Program-made: the position numbers and the translations under genes
Shown here: positions 9,723-19,146 of the stretch, in pieces
Layout: the number at the start of each line of letters is the position of its first letter
Position numbering within the stretch: position 1 is the stretch's first letter
Assembly (NCBI GenBank): GCA_964522525.1
Contig: CAZFWG010000005.1
Coordinates: 148-64,147, forward strand
Source: an uncultured Alphaproteobacteria bacterium
GTDB lineage: Bacteria; Pseudomonadota; Alphaproteobacteria; JAJFIK01
Length of the DNA stretch: 64,000 nt
Direction of reading: 5' to 3'
The notes under the pieces: model-generated
Seen by the model: the letters and a program-made list of their open reading frames with translations, nothing else
The model's database searches: none
Told to the model about the DNA's origin: nothing

Positions 9723-10739
9723 CTACTGCGGCAGATCTTTGGCAAGACGAAACCCGATATGGCTGGAACCGAGGCCGGTTTCCTGGGCATGCCTTGCGGA
9801 AGGTCGATAACGGGCACAGAAGGTTTCCGCACAAAGGAACGACCCACCCTTCAAAACACGAACAGCGATGCCGAACTGCCTGGGATCGAAGCTTGCCTTT
9901 TCGCTGGGTCCTGTCGGGTTGTTGGCCGCATCGGCGTCATGGCGGGGAGCATACCGATCATTGGTCCACTCCCAAACGTTGCCGAGCATGTCGTAAAGAC
10001 CATAGCCATTGGCGGGGAATTTCCCGGCGGGCGCGGAACCCTTATAGCCATCTTCGGCATCATTCGTGACGGGGAACAAACCCTGCCAGGTGTTGGCGGC
10101 CAGCGCACCGTCGCTGCCCCGTGGCGGACGACGATCCGCTGTCGCCTGTTTTGCTTGCCCGCCAAGAGCGGCCCACTCCCATTCCGCCTCGGTTGGCAGT
10201 CTTCCACCGGCCCAGTCCGCATAGGCGGTGGCATCGGCAAAGGCGATATGGACCACGGGATGATCCATCCGGTTTTCAATGGAAGAGCCGGGGCCTTCCG
10301 GAGCCCGCCAATGGGCCCCGGAAACATATTTGAACCATTGGGTGAGGTTTTGGCCACGCAGCGTGTCGGGCGCCACGAAGACGACCGACCCTGGCATCAA
10401 GAACTCGGGCGGCGCATCCGGCCAGTCCTTCGGATCAACGGGCTGCTCCGCCGCCGTGATATAACCCGTATCATCGACGAACGCCGCAAACTGACGATTG
10501 GTGACTTCATGGCGTGACAGGAGAAAACCGTCGACCGAGACCTCGTGTGCCGGGCCTTCTTCCGCATAGGTCTCATCATGCCCCATGATAAAAGTTCCGG
10601 ACGGTATCTCCACAAAGACAGGCGCGAAGACGCCATCCCTGCCGCGCTCGGCAGTCTCATTCGGGGTGGCGGAGCCAGTATCCGCCATGGTAAATACCAC
10701 CAAGGCCAGCAAACCGGTGAGTGCAGCCTTCGTCGTCAT
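9723..10739 (-). CDS. Formylglycine-generating enzyme (FGE/SUMF1 family) with signal peptide
   Basis: FGE-sulfatase domain: GSFIMGHDETYAEEGPAHEVSVDGFLLSRHEVTNRQFAAFV...YGLYDMLGNVWEWTNDRY...LKGGSFLC. The signal-like N-terminus MTTKAALTGLLALVVFTMA starts at the internal ATG 10739. The ORF-track start at 10826 is an upstream extension. Confidence 0.85.
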   Translation of the reverse strand: MTTKAALTGLLALVVFTMADTGSATPNETAERGRDGVFAPVFVEIPSGTFIMGHDETYAEEGPAHEVSVDGFLLSRHEVTNRQFAAFVDDTGYITAAEQPVDPKDWPDAPPEFLMPGSVVFVAPDTLRGQNLTQWFKYVSGAHWRAPEGPGSSIENRMDHPVVHIAFADATAYADWAGGRLPTEAEWEWAALGGQAKQATADRRPPRGSDGALAANTWQGLFPVTNDAEDGYKGSAPAGKFPANGYGLYDMLGNVWEWTNDRYAPRHDADAANNPTGPSEKASFDPRQFGIAVRVLKGGSFLCAETFCARYRPSARHAQETGLGSSHIGFRLAKDLPQ

Positions 10740-10849
10740 TTCGCAAAATCCATCATCAACCCCGCTTGCGCTGTTCCCTCCCTCACCGGAGGGCCACCCG
10801 GCCTGATCCGTGAGCAATGGCGCCATGGATCAGGCCGTCAGGGTCAGTC

Positions 10850-11170
10850 TCAATTTTGAGCATTCGCCTTTTTGAATTCGTCCAAGGCGATGACACCGTC
10901 ACCATTCTCATCAAGGCGACTGAAGGCCCGATCAAACAGACCCATTCTCACAATCCTGTCCGCGCGCCCGATTTTGTCCTCAGCGTTCGCTCGAATGAAA
11001 GTCTCAAATTCCTGCCGGTTGAGGGTTCCGCTCTCGTCGGCATCGGCTCCTTTGAAGTTCTCCTGGGCCAAGGCCATCTGCTCCTCCGACGGCTGCGCAA
11101 AAACACCGGAAGTCGACCCAATCAATGCCATCATCAGGCTCAAGGTTAGGAGTTTCGCTGTAGCTTGCAT
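10850..11170 (-). CDS. Secreted EF-hand calcium-binding protein
   Basis: Signal peptide MQATAKLLTLSLMMALIGSTSGVFA and two EF-hand loops (DADESGTLNRQE, DENGDGVIALDE). A GGAGAGG RBS sits upstream of ATG 11170. Confidence 0.7.
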   Translation of the reverse strand: MQATAKLLTLSLMMALIGSTSGVFAQPSEEQMALAQENFKGADADESGTLNRQEFETFIRANAEDKIGRADRIVRMGLFDRAFSRLDENGDGVIALDEFKKANAQN

Positions 11171-11329
11171 GTCACCTCTCCAAGAAGTTAGGTTCGTCCA
11201 CAAACAACCGGGCCATGATCAATCGGCCATGACGGTTGACTCTAAAAGCGCCGAACGTACCTTTCCGCTCGGTCCTTGTACGGATTGGCTAAGTGACGGC
11301 CGGCGATCGTTCAAGCAAAAATGCCGCAC

Positions 11330-12376
11330 CTATCGCCAGCACTCGGGCGTGCTTCGTCCCTTGTGTGTGTTGTCCAGCATCCAGCCATAGGTGTCGATGC
11401 TGTGCCAACACAAGACCTGCTGGCCCTTGCTTTCCAAATTACTATCCAGTTCATCTTCGAAATCAAAGGACGAGTAGCGCACCGGCTCCCCGACATGGAC
11501 ATAGGTGATCCGCCGGGTACTGAACGGCACCATGGGAACAAGATCGGGCAGATTGCAGATCCTCCGGGCCGTGTCGATGTCACCGGCCGCCTCCCGGAAC
11601 GCGCCATTGCCAACCCGTGGAGAGGCCACGGTCACAAGGCGCGTTTGAGCCGTCTCGCCGGCCCTGGCCATTTCGGTTGCCGCAAGTGTCGCAAGCGCGC
11701 CGCCCAGACTATGGCCGGTCACGACCAGCGTCCGCCCGGCAAACGCGCCGCCCTCAATGGCATCGGCGAAGGATCCCTCGAACGGTCCGCGGTCGAGATC
11801 GAAACTCTTGTAGATATCAAGAAACCCCCGGTGAACGCGGGCGCCTTCCGCGTCGGGCGGAAACGCGCGCTGAGTGACCTGCAGGTTCTTCATCCATTCC
11901 CTGGGCGTCAACGTCCCCCGTATGACAATAACGTCTTCACCGCTGGCTTTGTCCGTCGCCCAAAAGCCGTAAATGGTGCGTGTGCGGCGGGCCCGGAGGC
12001 CGCGCTCGGTAGACCGTCCGGGATTTCCGTAAATCAGGGCATTGAGGGTCAGAACGTCCGAGGGAAACGCCGTCTCTGGATCGCCGTCCTCGTCGAAGAC
12101 ATCATACATCTCATACATGTTCGAGATGTAGCGGGCGACCGCATAGAGATCCGGGTCCTGCGTACCACCTGCCGCCGGCCGGACCTGGCGCAGGCGTACC
12201 GTATCTTCGTCCGAATCGCGACGAATGGGTTCGGCAACCTCATCGGGACAGGTCATCCAGTCCGGCGGCGCGTCACTTGTGGCCAGCGGCACCTCACCGG
12301 TTGTCGTCCTGACGCATCCCCCCAGAAACAGAAGAGCGGCGATCACCAAGGGCGTCGTTTTGACCAAGCTTTTCAA
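11330..12376 (-). CDS. Lipase class 3 (fungal-lipase-like) family lipoprotein
   Basis: GHSLGGALATL nucleophile-elbow with the lipase_3 context. The TTG start at 12376 gives MKSLVKTTPLVIAALLFLGGC with a lipobox. The ORF-track start at 12538 is an upstream extension. Confidence 0.7.
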   Translation of the reverse strand: MKSLVKTTPLVIAALLFLGGCVRTTTGEVPLATSDAPPDWMTCPDEVAEPIRRDSDEDTVRLRQVRPAAGGTQDPDLYAVARYISNMYEMYDVFDEDGDPETAFPSDVLTLNALIYGNPGRSTERGLRARRTRTIYGFWATDKASGEDVIVIRGTLTPREWMKNLQVTQRAFPPDAEGARVHRGFLDIYKSFDLDRGPFEGSFADAIEGGAFAGRTLVVTGHSLGGALATLAATEMARAGETAQTRLVTVASPRVGNGAFREAAGDIDTARRICNLPDLVPMVPFSTRRITYVHVGEPVRYSSFDFEDELDSNLESKGQQVLCWHSIDTYGWMLDNTHKGRSTPECWR

Positions 12377-12683
12377 CGCTCTGCTCCGTTTGATGCCCGT
12401 GGCGTTCCAAGTGGCTTTGGAAGTCAATATCTTACTTTGAATCTTACCCTGATCCTGGCGCGAAACGCCGAGATGCAAGCCGCTTTCGTGTTCAGGTGTA
12501 CCGCGTCGTGCGGCAAACCGAGGTCTAATGATATACATTAGATGGAAAGCGCTGTAAACTCGGCCTCACCGATTGAAAGCATGGCTGGATCGTCCGAACG
12601 CAGAGAGCGTTTGGCTATCGAGCACATGTATCGGGCGTGAGTGGTGGAGCGTGCCCGAGCCCGCGCGGGGGAGTAAAGAACGA

Positions 12684-14372
12684 ATGTGGAAACGTATTTT
12701 TGTCGGGATCCTGGTCTTGATCGGCCTTGGAACGGGATTGGCCTGGTTCAACCGGCAAGCGATCATCCTCCACCTCGTCACGACGACAGGGAAAATCGAC
12801 GTGGCCGAAACCCGGCCCATCGAATGGGACCGGGGGCCGAATGCCCCCGCCCCGAGCCGCGCCGGTGGCCCTCCCAACATCATTCTGTTCCTCGCCGATG
12901 ATCTCGGCATCAATGACATTTCCACATTCGGCGGGGGTGTCGCGGGCGGTGCCGTGCCAACCCCGAATATCGACCGTCTGGCTGCGGAAGGGGCGATCTT
13001 CAGCAATGCCTATTCCGGCACGGCGACCTGCGCGCCGTCACGCGCCATGATCATGACCGGGCGGTATCCGACCCGAACCGGGTTTGAGTTCACGCCGACC
13101 CCGCCCGGAATGGGACGCATCGTCTCCATGTTCGCCGAAGACGACCTCAAAGAGCTAGGACTTCCCCCGATGACGTGGAACAGGGAAGCCGACGAAAACG
13201 GCCTTCAGTATGCGGATATGGGCCTGCCTGGCGAAGAGGTTACACTTGCTGAAATGCTGAAGCAGGTCGGCTACCACAATGTGCATATCGGCAAGTGGCA
13301 CCTGGGCCGTGCCACGCCCTTCCGCGCGGTCTCGCAGGGGTTTGACGAGAGCCTCTTGATGGCGAGCGGACTCTTCCTTCCCGAAAACCATCCCGATGCG
13401 GTGAACGCCAAGCTTGGTTTCGACCCGATCGACAAATTCCTCTGGGGACGGATGCAATTCGCCGCCGATTTTGACCGCGCAGGCGTGACGCCGGTCGACG
13501 AACCCTTCGCGCCAGCATCGTACATCACCGACTACTATACCGACGAAGCGCTTGAGGTGATTGAGGCCAATAAAAATCGGCCCTTCTTCCTCTATCTGGC
13601 CCATTGGGGCGTGCACACGCCACTGCAAGCGACACGGGAGGACTATGAGGCTGTCGGGGACATCACGCCCCACCGCCACCGGGTTTATGCCGCCATGGTG
13701 CGCTCCATTGACCGCTCCCTCGGACGTGTCATGGACAAGCTTGAAAAAGAGGGCTTGGCGGACAACACGATCATCCTCTTTTCCTCCGACAATGGCGCGG
13801 CCGGCTATATCGGCCTGCCGGAGGTCAATGCCCCCTATCGCGGTTGGAAGATCACGCTTTTCGAGGGCGGTATCAGGGTGCCGATGTTCATCAAGTGGCC
13901 GGGCAGGATCGCGCCGGGCACGGTGATCAACGACCCGGTCGCACATATCGACGTGTTGCCAACCTTGGCGGCGGCGGGGGGCGCGCGCCTGCCAGACGAT
14001 GTCACGATCGATGGCAAGAGCATGCTGCCCGTCGCGATGGGCGACGCCGGATCAATCGCACGGCCGAATGATGCGATCTTCTGGTCGAGCGGCTTCTACA
14101 AGGCCGTCCGCTCCCGGGGCTGGAAACTCCAGGTCAATGAACGCCAGGAGAAACGTTGGCTCTACAATCTCGGCGACGACCCGACCGAGCAAACCAATTT
14201 GGTTGAGACCCGCCCGGACAAAGTGGCGGAACTTGAGGCCCTTATCGAAGCCCATTGGGCCGATGCCAGACCGCCGCTCTACCCCCACACGACCGAGAGC
14301 CCCATCCGCGTTGACAAGACCAATGCGGACCCGGGCCAGCCGGACGACGAATACATTATCTGGCCCAACTGA
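12684..14372 (+). CDS. Arylsulfatase (Cys-type) with N-terminal signal-anchor
   Basis: ATG 12684 follows GGGGGA. The product is MWKRIFVGILVLIGLGTGLAWF (TM) followed by NIILFLADDLGINDIS and TATCAPSRAMIMTGRYPTRTG (C-x-P-x-R). Confidence 0.85.
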   Translation: MWKRIFVGILVLIGLGTGLAWFNRQAIILHLVTTTGKIDVAETRPIEWDRGPNAPAPSRAGGPPNIILFLADDLGINDISTFGGGVAGGAVPTPNIDRLAAEGAIFSNAYSGTATCAPSRAMIMTGRYPTRTGFEFTPTPPGMGRIVSMFAEDDLKELGLPPMTWNREADENGLQYADMGLPGEEVTLAEMLKQVGYHNVHIGKWHLGRATPFRAVSQGFDESLLMASGLFLPENHPDAVNAKLGFDPIDKFLWGRMQFAADFDRAGVTPVDEPFAPASYITDYYTDEALEVIEANKNRPFFLYLAHWGVHTPLQATREDYEAVGDITPHRHRVYAAMVRSIDRSLGRVMDKLEKEGLADNTIILFSSDNGAAGYIGLPEVNAPYRGWKITLFEGGIRVPMFIKWPGRIAPGTVINDPVAHIDVLPTLAAAGGARLPDDVTIDGKSMLPVAMGDAGSIARPNDAIFWSSGFYKAVRSRGWKLQVNERQEKRWLYNLGDDPTEQTNLVETRPDKVAELEALIEAHWADARPPLYPHTTESPIRVDKTNADPGQPDDEYIIWPN

Positions 14373-14600
14373 ATTTAAAGAGATCTGCGGGAACCCTATG
14401 CGACGAAGTCGCGCAAACGCCCGATGGTCTGGCAGCGTCCTAGGTCCATTTGGCTCAGACGGTACGCCGTCCGGCAATTGACCGGCTCCACGTGGTGGCC
14501 CAATTTGAATGCCAGTTGAGAGGCGGGTTGAAGCGCTCAGGCCTGGAAAGACGGATTGGGCGCTTAACCTTTCGCTTTGGTAAGATCACGGGTGAATTAC

Positions 14601-16889
14601 ATGGCATTGATCGCGGCAACGGGCCGCGCGGTCCTGTTCGGGATCTGCGCGGCTCTTTTCCTGTTCACGGTTGCATCGGCGTCCAGTCAGCCCCTGGCCG
14701 CCGGTGCATCCATGGAACCGCCGTACCAGTCCCGGCTCGAGGCATTGCTGGCCAGGATGACCCTGGAAGAAAAGATCGGCCAACTGAATCAATATAGTGG
14801 CTTTTGGGATTTCACGGGACCGCGGCCGACCGGCGGCAAGGCACGCCTCAGAATCCGGCACTTGGAACAAGGTCAAGTCGGCGCCATGCTGAATGTTGTC
14901 GGGGCCGACAAGGTGCGGGCGATCCAGCAGATTGCGGTAGAGAAAACGCGGCTCGGCATCCCGCTTCTCTTTGCCTTCGACGTCGTTCACGGACACAGCA
15001 CGATTTTCCCGATCCCCCTGGCGGAGGCGTCGAGTTGGGACCTGGAGGCGATCGAACGCAGCGCCCGCATCGCCGCCACGGAAGCCGCTGCGCAGGGCGT
15101 CAACTGGACCTTCGCGCCGATGGTAGACATCTCGCGTGACCCGCGTTGGGGTCGGGTCATGGAAGGCGCCGGAGAGGATCCCATGCTCGGCGCGGCCATT
15201 GCCACTGCGCGGGTCCGTGGCTTTCAGGGAACGAACCTTGCCGCGATCAACACGATCGCAGCCTGCGCCAAGCATTTCGCCGGATACGGATTCGCCGAAG
15301 CCGGCAAGGACTACAACGCCGCCGAGATCGGCACCTCAACCCTGTTCAATGTGATCCTGCCCCCGTTCCAGGCGGCCGTACGTGACGCGAATGTCAAAAC
15401 AGTGATGAATGCCTTCAATACAATCAACGGGGTTCCGGCGACCGGCGATCCGTTCCTACAACGGGAGATCCTCAAGACGCGGTGGGGCTTGACCGGCTTC
15501 GTCGTTTCCGACTGGGGGTCAGGCCGGGAGATGATCGATCACGGTTTTGCCCATGATGGACGTCACGCCGCGGCGCTGGCCATGATGGCCGGGTCGGACA
15601 TGGATATGGAGTCCCGCATCTATGTCAATCATCTGGCTGATCTCGTCCGGGACGGCACCGTAGACGAGGCCCGCATCAACGACGCGGTGCGCCGTATTCT
15701 GACGATCAAGTTTGAACTCGGACTGTTTGACGATCCGTACCGGTATGCGGACTCGGCGCGCGAACGCGAAACGCTCGACAGAGACAGCCATCGGACCGCA
15801 ACCCTGGAGATGGCCAAGAAATCGATCGTCCTGCTCAAGAATGATGGGGATCTTCTGCCATTGGGACCGGGCAAACGGATCGCCGTGATCGGTGCTCTGG
15901 CCGCAGACAAGGACTCACCCCTTGGTAACTGGCGCGGACGGGGCAAAGCCCATTCCGCTGTGTCGCTCGTGGAAGGACTGACAGCAAAGAATGTTGATTT
16001 CACCTATGCGAAAGGGGCCGAGGTCGAAATCGAAACGGCCCATGCCGCCTCGGAAGTCATCATCAATGAAACGGACCACAGTGGATTTGAGGAGGCGGTC
16101 GCCGTCGCCCGTGGATCGGATGTGGTGATCATGGTGCTGGGCGAAGACGGCTTACAAAGCGGTGAAGGCCGCAGCCGCGCCGATCTCGGGTTCCCCGGCG
16201 TGCAGCAGAAGCTTCTCGAAGCCGTATATGCGGTCAACAGGAAGATCATCCTTGTCGTCATGAGCGGGCGCCCCTTGATACTGACCTGGGCGGACGAACA
16301 CCTTCCGGCCATCGTGCAGGCATGGCACCTGGGCTCGCAAAGCGGCCATGCCCTGGCAAGCGTTCTCACGGGAGAAACCAATCCGAGCGGAAAGCTGCCG
16401 ATGACCTTTCCCCGCTCCATGGGGCAGGTGCCGATCTACTACAATCATCTGCCGACGGGGCGCCCCCACCCGCGCGATGACGTTTTCTGGTCCCACTACA
16501 ATGATGAATCGAATGCCCCGCTCTATCCCTTTGGACACGGATTGAGCTACACGACCTTTCTCTATTCCGATCTCGTGCTGTCAAAAGACGTCGAGGGAAT
16601 CGCCGCCTCGGTCACGGTGACCAATACGGGCGACCGCCAGGGGCAGGAGGTCGTCCAACTTTATATTCGCGACCGTGTGGCACGCATCAGTCGCCCTGTG
16701 AAGGAACTGAAGGCGTTCAAGAAGATCGCCCTCGCCCCAAACGAGTCGCAATCCGTGACGTTTCGTCTGACCGCAAAAGATCTTGGATACTACACCGCGA
16801 CCGGGGAATTCGTGACGGATCCAGGCGATTTCGATCTCTTTGTCGGCGGCTCGTCGGACGCTCCACTGACGACCGAGTTCACCTGGTAG
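14601..16889 (+). CDS. bglX: Periplasmic beta-glucosidase, glycoside hydrolase family 3
   Basis: Signal peptide MALIAATGRAVLFGICAALFLFTVASA. GH3 N-domain motifs (KHFAGYG, VVSDWGS) and the C-terminal domain are present. 762 aa. Confidence 0.85.
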   Translation: MALIAATGRAVLFGICAALFLFTVASASSQPLAAGASMEPPYQSRLEALLARMTLEEKIGQLNQYSGFWDFTGPRPTGGKARLRIRHLEQGQVGAMLNVVGADKVRAIQQIAVEKTRLGIPLLFAFDVVHGHSTIFPIPLAEASSWDLEAIERSARIAATEAAAQGVNWTFAPMVDISRDPRWGRVMEGAGEDPMLGAAIATARVRGFQGTNLAAINTIAACAKHFAGYGFAEAGKDYNAAEIGTSTLFNVILPPFQAAVRDANVKTVMNAFNTINGVPATGDPFLQREILKTRWGLTGFVVSDWGSGREMIDHGFAHDGRHAAALAMMAGSDMDMESRIYVNHLADLVRDGTVDEARINDAVRRILTIKFELGLFDDPYRYADSARERETLDRDSHRTATLEMAKKSIVLLKNDGDLLPLGPGKRIAVIGALAADKDSPLGNWRGRGKAHSAVSLVEGLTAKNVDFTYAKGAEVEIETAHAASEVIINETDHSGFEEAVAVARGSDVVIMVLGEDGLQSGEGRSRADLGFPGVQQKLLEAVYAVNRKIILVVMSGRPLILTWADEHLPAIVQAWHLGSQSGHALASVLTGETNPSGKLPMTFPRSMGQVPIYYNHLPTGRPHPRDDVFWSHYNDESNAPLYPFGHGLSYTTFLYSDLVLSKDVEGIAASVTVTNTGDRQGQEVVQLYIRDRVARISRPVKELKAFKKIALAPNESQSVTFRLTAKDLGYYTATGEFVTDPGDFDLFVGGSSDAPLTTEFTW

Positions 16890-16962
16890 CGATGCTCACC
16901 ACACGGACGGGGTTCCGGAGCGGGTTCGGTCACGCTCACCGGGACTAAAGAACTGGGACGCC

Positions 16963-17580
16963 CTATCCAAACACCAGCTTGACACATTGGCGGACCCAGT
17001 CATGCAGCGCCCGTTTCCGTCGATCCGTGAACCCGAGCTGTGCCCTCGAGTGACGGTTTCCCTTCCAGAGATTGACCAAATGATCCGCGAGATCTTCCGC
17101 TGAAATATCCGTTTTCACCAAATCTCGTTCCAGGCCGGTTTCGATAAGGTCACGCAAAGCCGCTTGGGTCTTAACATGGGCGGCCTCGTAGAATGTCCGC
17201 GCGACATCCGGATGCGCGCGCGCCTGCTCGAGAATCGACATTTCAAAATTCGTTGTCTGAGGGTCGTCAATCAGTTTCAGAAAGTTCACACCGAACTGGA
17301 CGAGGCCTTCACGAAACTCTTCGGACGTCTGGGGATCGAAAGAGACCCCTGCCGCAAAACTCTCAGACTCTGCGATCACAACGGCACGCAACACGCCCGT
17401 CATGTTTCCGAAATATTTGTAGATCGTCGTCTTGGATACGCAGGCGGTCTGGGCCAGGCGTTCCGTTGTCACCTGGGCAAAGCCCTCGGAGAAGAATAGG
17501 TCTCGAGCGGCAACGAGAACGCGCTGGTTCGGTGATGTGTCTTTCTTTTTTTCTTCTTTATACGAATCTTGTCTTGCCAT
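16963..17580 (-). CDS. TetR/AcrR family transcriptional regulator (divergent from RND efflux operon)
   Basis: Internal ATG 17580 gives MARQDSYKEEKKKDTSPNQRVLVAARDLFFSEGFAQVTTERLAQTACVSKTTIYKYF (HTH). Confidence 0.8.
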   Translation of the reverse strand: MARQDSYKEEKKKDTSPNQRVLVAARDLFFSEGFAQVTTERLAQTACVSKTTIYKYFGNMTGVLRAVVIAESESFAAGVSFDPQTSEEFREGLVQFGVNFLKLIDDPQTTNFEMSILEQARAHPDVARTFYEAAHVKTQAALRDLIETGLERDLVKTDISAEDLADHLVNLWKGNRHSRAQLGFTDRRKRALHDWVRQCVKLVFG

Positions 17581-17812
17581 CAGGCTCACTTCCCTGGGCA
17601 CGCCGGAGCACCCCATTGCCCTTTCCCTTTCGAGCGCGTGAAGACCTGGAAACGAAATGCGGACGGGCGCCACCCTTTCCTTTTCAGTCACGCTTGTCTC
17701 AGAGTGTGGTTTCCCCTCTCGACGTATCCCTCGCCCCAGGTGAACCGGCCCTTCCAATCTTCACAAATCCGCTGCGTCAACTACGTCCTGTACATGCGTG
17801 GTTGGAAATGTA

Positions 17813-17833
17813 AGTACGATACCGTATCGTACT
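17813..17833. promoter_or_regulatory. Perfect 9-3-9 palindrome AGTACGATA-ccg-TATCGTACT in the TetR/RND divergent intergenic region (candidate TetR operator)
   Basis: Seen directly between the TetR start (17580) and the adaptor start (17944). Confidence 0.45.
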
Positions 17834-17943
17834 ATCAGATCAAAACACCATCACACCGAAATTGTTGATCGCTGGGTGAATAGGCCCCAAACCTGGATAC
17901 AGGCCGATCTGTCGGAAACCTGCATGGATGACGAGGTGACATC

Positions 17944-19146
17944 GTGGAAAAGAAGGGCGAAGGCAGAAATCCCCGATCGGGCGGTCCCGATGAACACGCC
18001 CCAGGGGGCGGCGGTCAACGCAGGCGCCCCCGCCTGGCATGGTTCCTGTCGATCGTCGCCGTCTTTTCCCTGATCGGCGTTCTCGCCGGGGTGAAAACCA
18101 TGCAGGTCATGGCGGCAATTGCCTATGGCGAGAGTTTCCCCGAACCGGAAGAGGCCGTCATCGAAGCCGTTGCCGAAAGCCGCATGGTCACGCCCGTCAC
18201 CACCGCGATTGGGGAGTTGCAGGCAAAGAACATTGTCGACCTTCGGATCGAGCGCAGCGGCGTGGTTCGGGCCGTCAATTTCAAATCCGGTGAAGAAGTT
18301 CCCGCCGGCACGGTTCTTGTCCAGATCGATATTTCGGAGGAGGAGGCCGAGCTTGCTGCGGCGCGGGTCGACGCCAGTCGCGCCGACAAAGAAGCGGCAC
18401 GGCAAAAAAAGCTGTTCAAGGACAATGCCGGCACAGAAAGCCGCTTCCAGGAGGCCGAGGCCGTCGCCGCCGCCGCCCGTGCGCGGGTCGCGGCACTTGA
18501 GACCGCGATCGACCGGAAGACCATTCGCGCCCCTTTCGCGGGCCGTGTCGGCATCACGGACCTGAAACCCGGCCAATATGTCTCGGAAGGGGATCTGGTC
18601 ACGCGCCTGGTGGGGCTGGACGATGAGATCTTCGTCGATTTCGCCCTGCCCCAAGCCGCTGCTCTGGCCTTCGATGACCGTGAGCCCATCACCGTCGACA
18701 TCGGCGGCAAGAAAGTCCCCGCCCAAGTGGTCGCCCGCGAACCGGCGATCGATGCCACATCCCGCAGCCTTGGTTTCCGCGCCGTGATCAAGGACCCTGA
18801 GCGTCGGTTTCCTGCCGGCAGCCTCGTGACCGTGTCCGTGCCCATTGGTGATCCCCAAGAGGCCGTTGTCATTCCGCGTACGGCGCTGATGCGCAGCCCC
18901 TATGGCGACACGGTCTTCATCATTGAGGAACGGGAGGGGGAGCTGCGCGCACGCGCAACAATCGTCAAAGTGGGCGACATCCTGGGCGCGGACGAGGTGG
19001 TCATCGAATCGGGCCTGGAACCTGGCGCCCGTATTGCCGCCGACGGCGTCTTCAAACTGCGCGACGGCGCCCTTGTGCGGCCATCCGTACAGAGCGAAAC
19101 GAAAAATGGACCGGCCCGAACACCTGTGCAGGACACGGAACAATGA
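17944..19146 (+). CDS. RND efflux periplasmic adaptor (membrane fusion protein, HlyD family)
   Basis: GTG start, N-terminal TM helix WFLSIVAVFSLIGVLAGV, coiled-coil region, and C-terminal beta-barrel/MP domain. The stop overlaps the RND pump start (ATGA at 19143-19146). Confidence 0.8.
   Translation: MEKKGEGRNPRSGGPDEHAPGGGGQRRRPRLAWFLSIVAVFSLIGVLAGVKTMQVMAAIAYGESFPEPEEAVIEAVAESRMVTPVTTAIGELQAKNIVDLRIERSGVVRAVNFKSGEEVPAGTVLVQIDISEEEAELAAARVDASRADKEAARQKKLFKDNAGTESRFQEAEAVAAAARARVAALETAIDRKTIRAPFAGRVGITDLKPGQYVSEGDLVTRLVGLDDEIFVDFALPQAAALAFDDREPITVDIGGKKVPAQVVAREPAIDATSRSLGFRAVIKDPERRFPAGSLVTVSVPIGDPQEAVVIPRTALMRSPYGDTVFIIEEREGELRARATIVKVGDILGADEVVIESGLEPGARIAADGVFKLRDGALVRPSVQSETKNGPARTPVQDTEQ

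Noticed and set aside
11321-12541. Long antisense ORFs opposite confirmed genes. Examples: 11321-12541(+), 13155-13946(-), 17851-19152(-), 23090-23959(-), 26297-27607(-), 35563-36861(+), 45136-46143(+), 48784-49863(+), 49972-50847(+), 52652-53266(+), 54037-55224(+), 60898-62397(+), 62521-63681(+).
   Set aside because: Their translations are low-complexity and Arg/Gly/Pro-rich, typical of antisense frames in high-GC DNA. Each fully overlaps a gene with clear domain signatures on the other strand.
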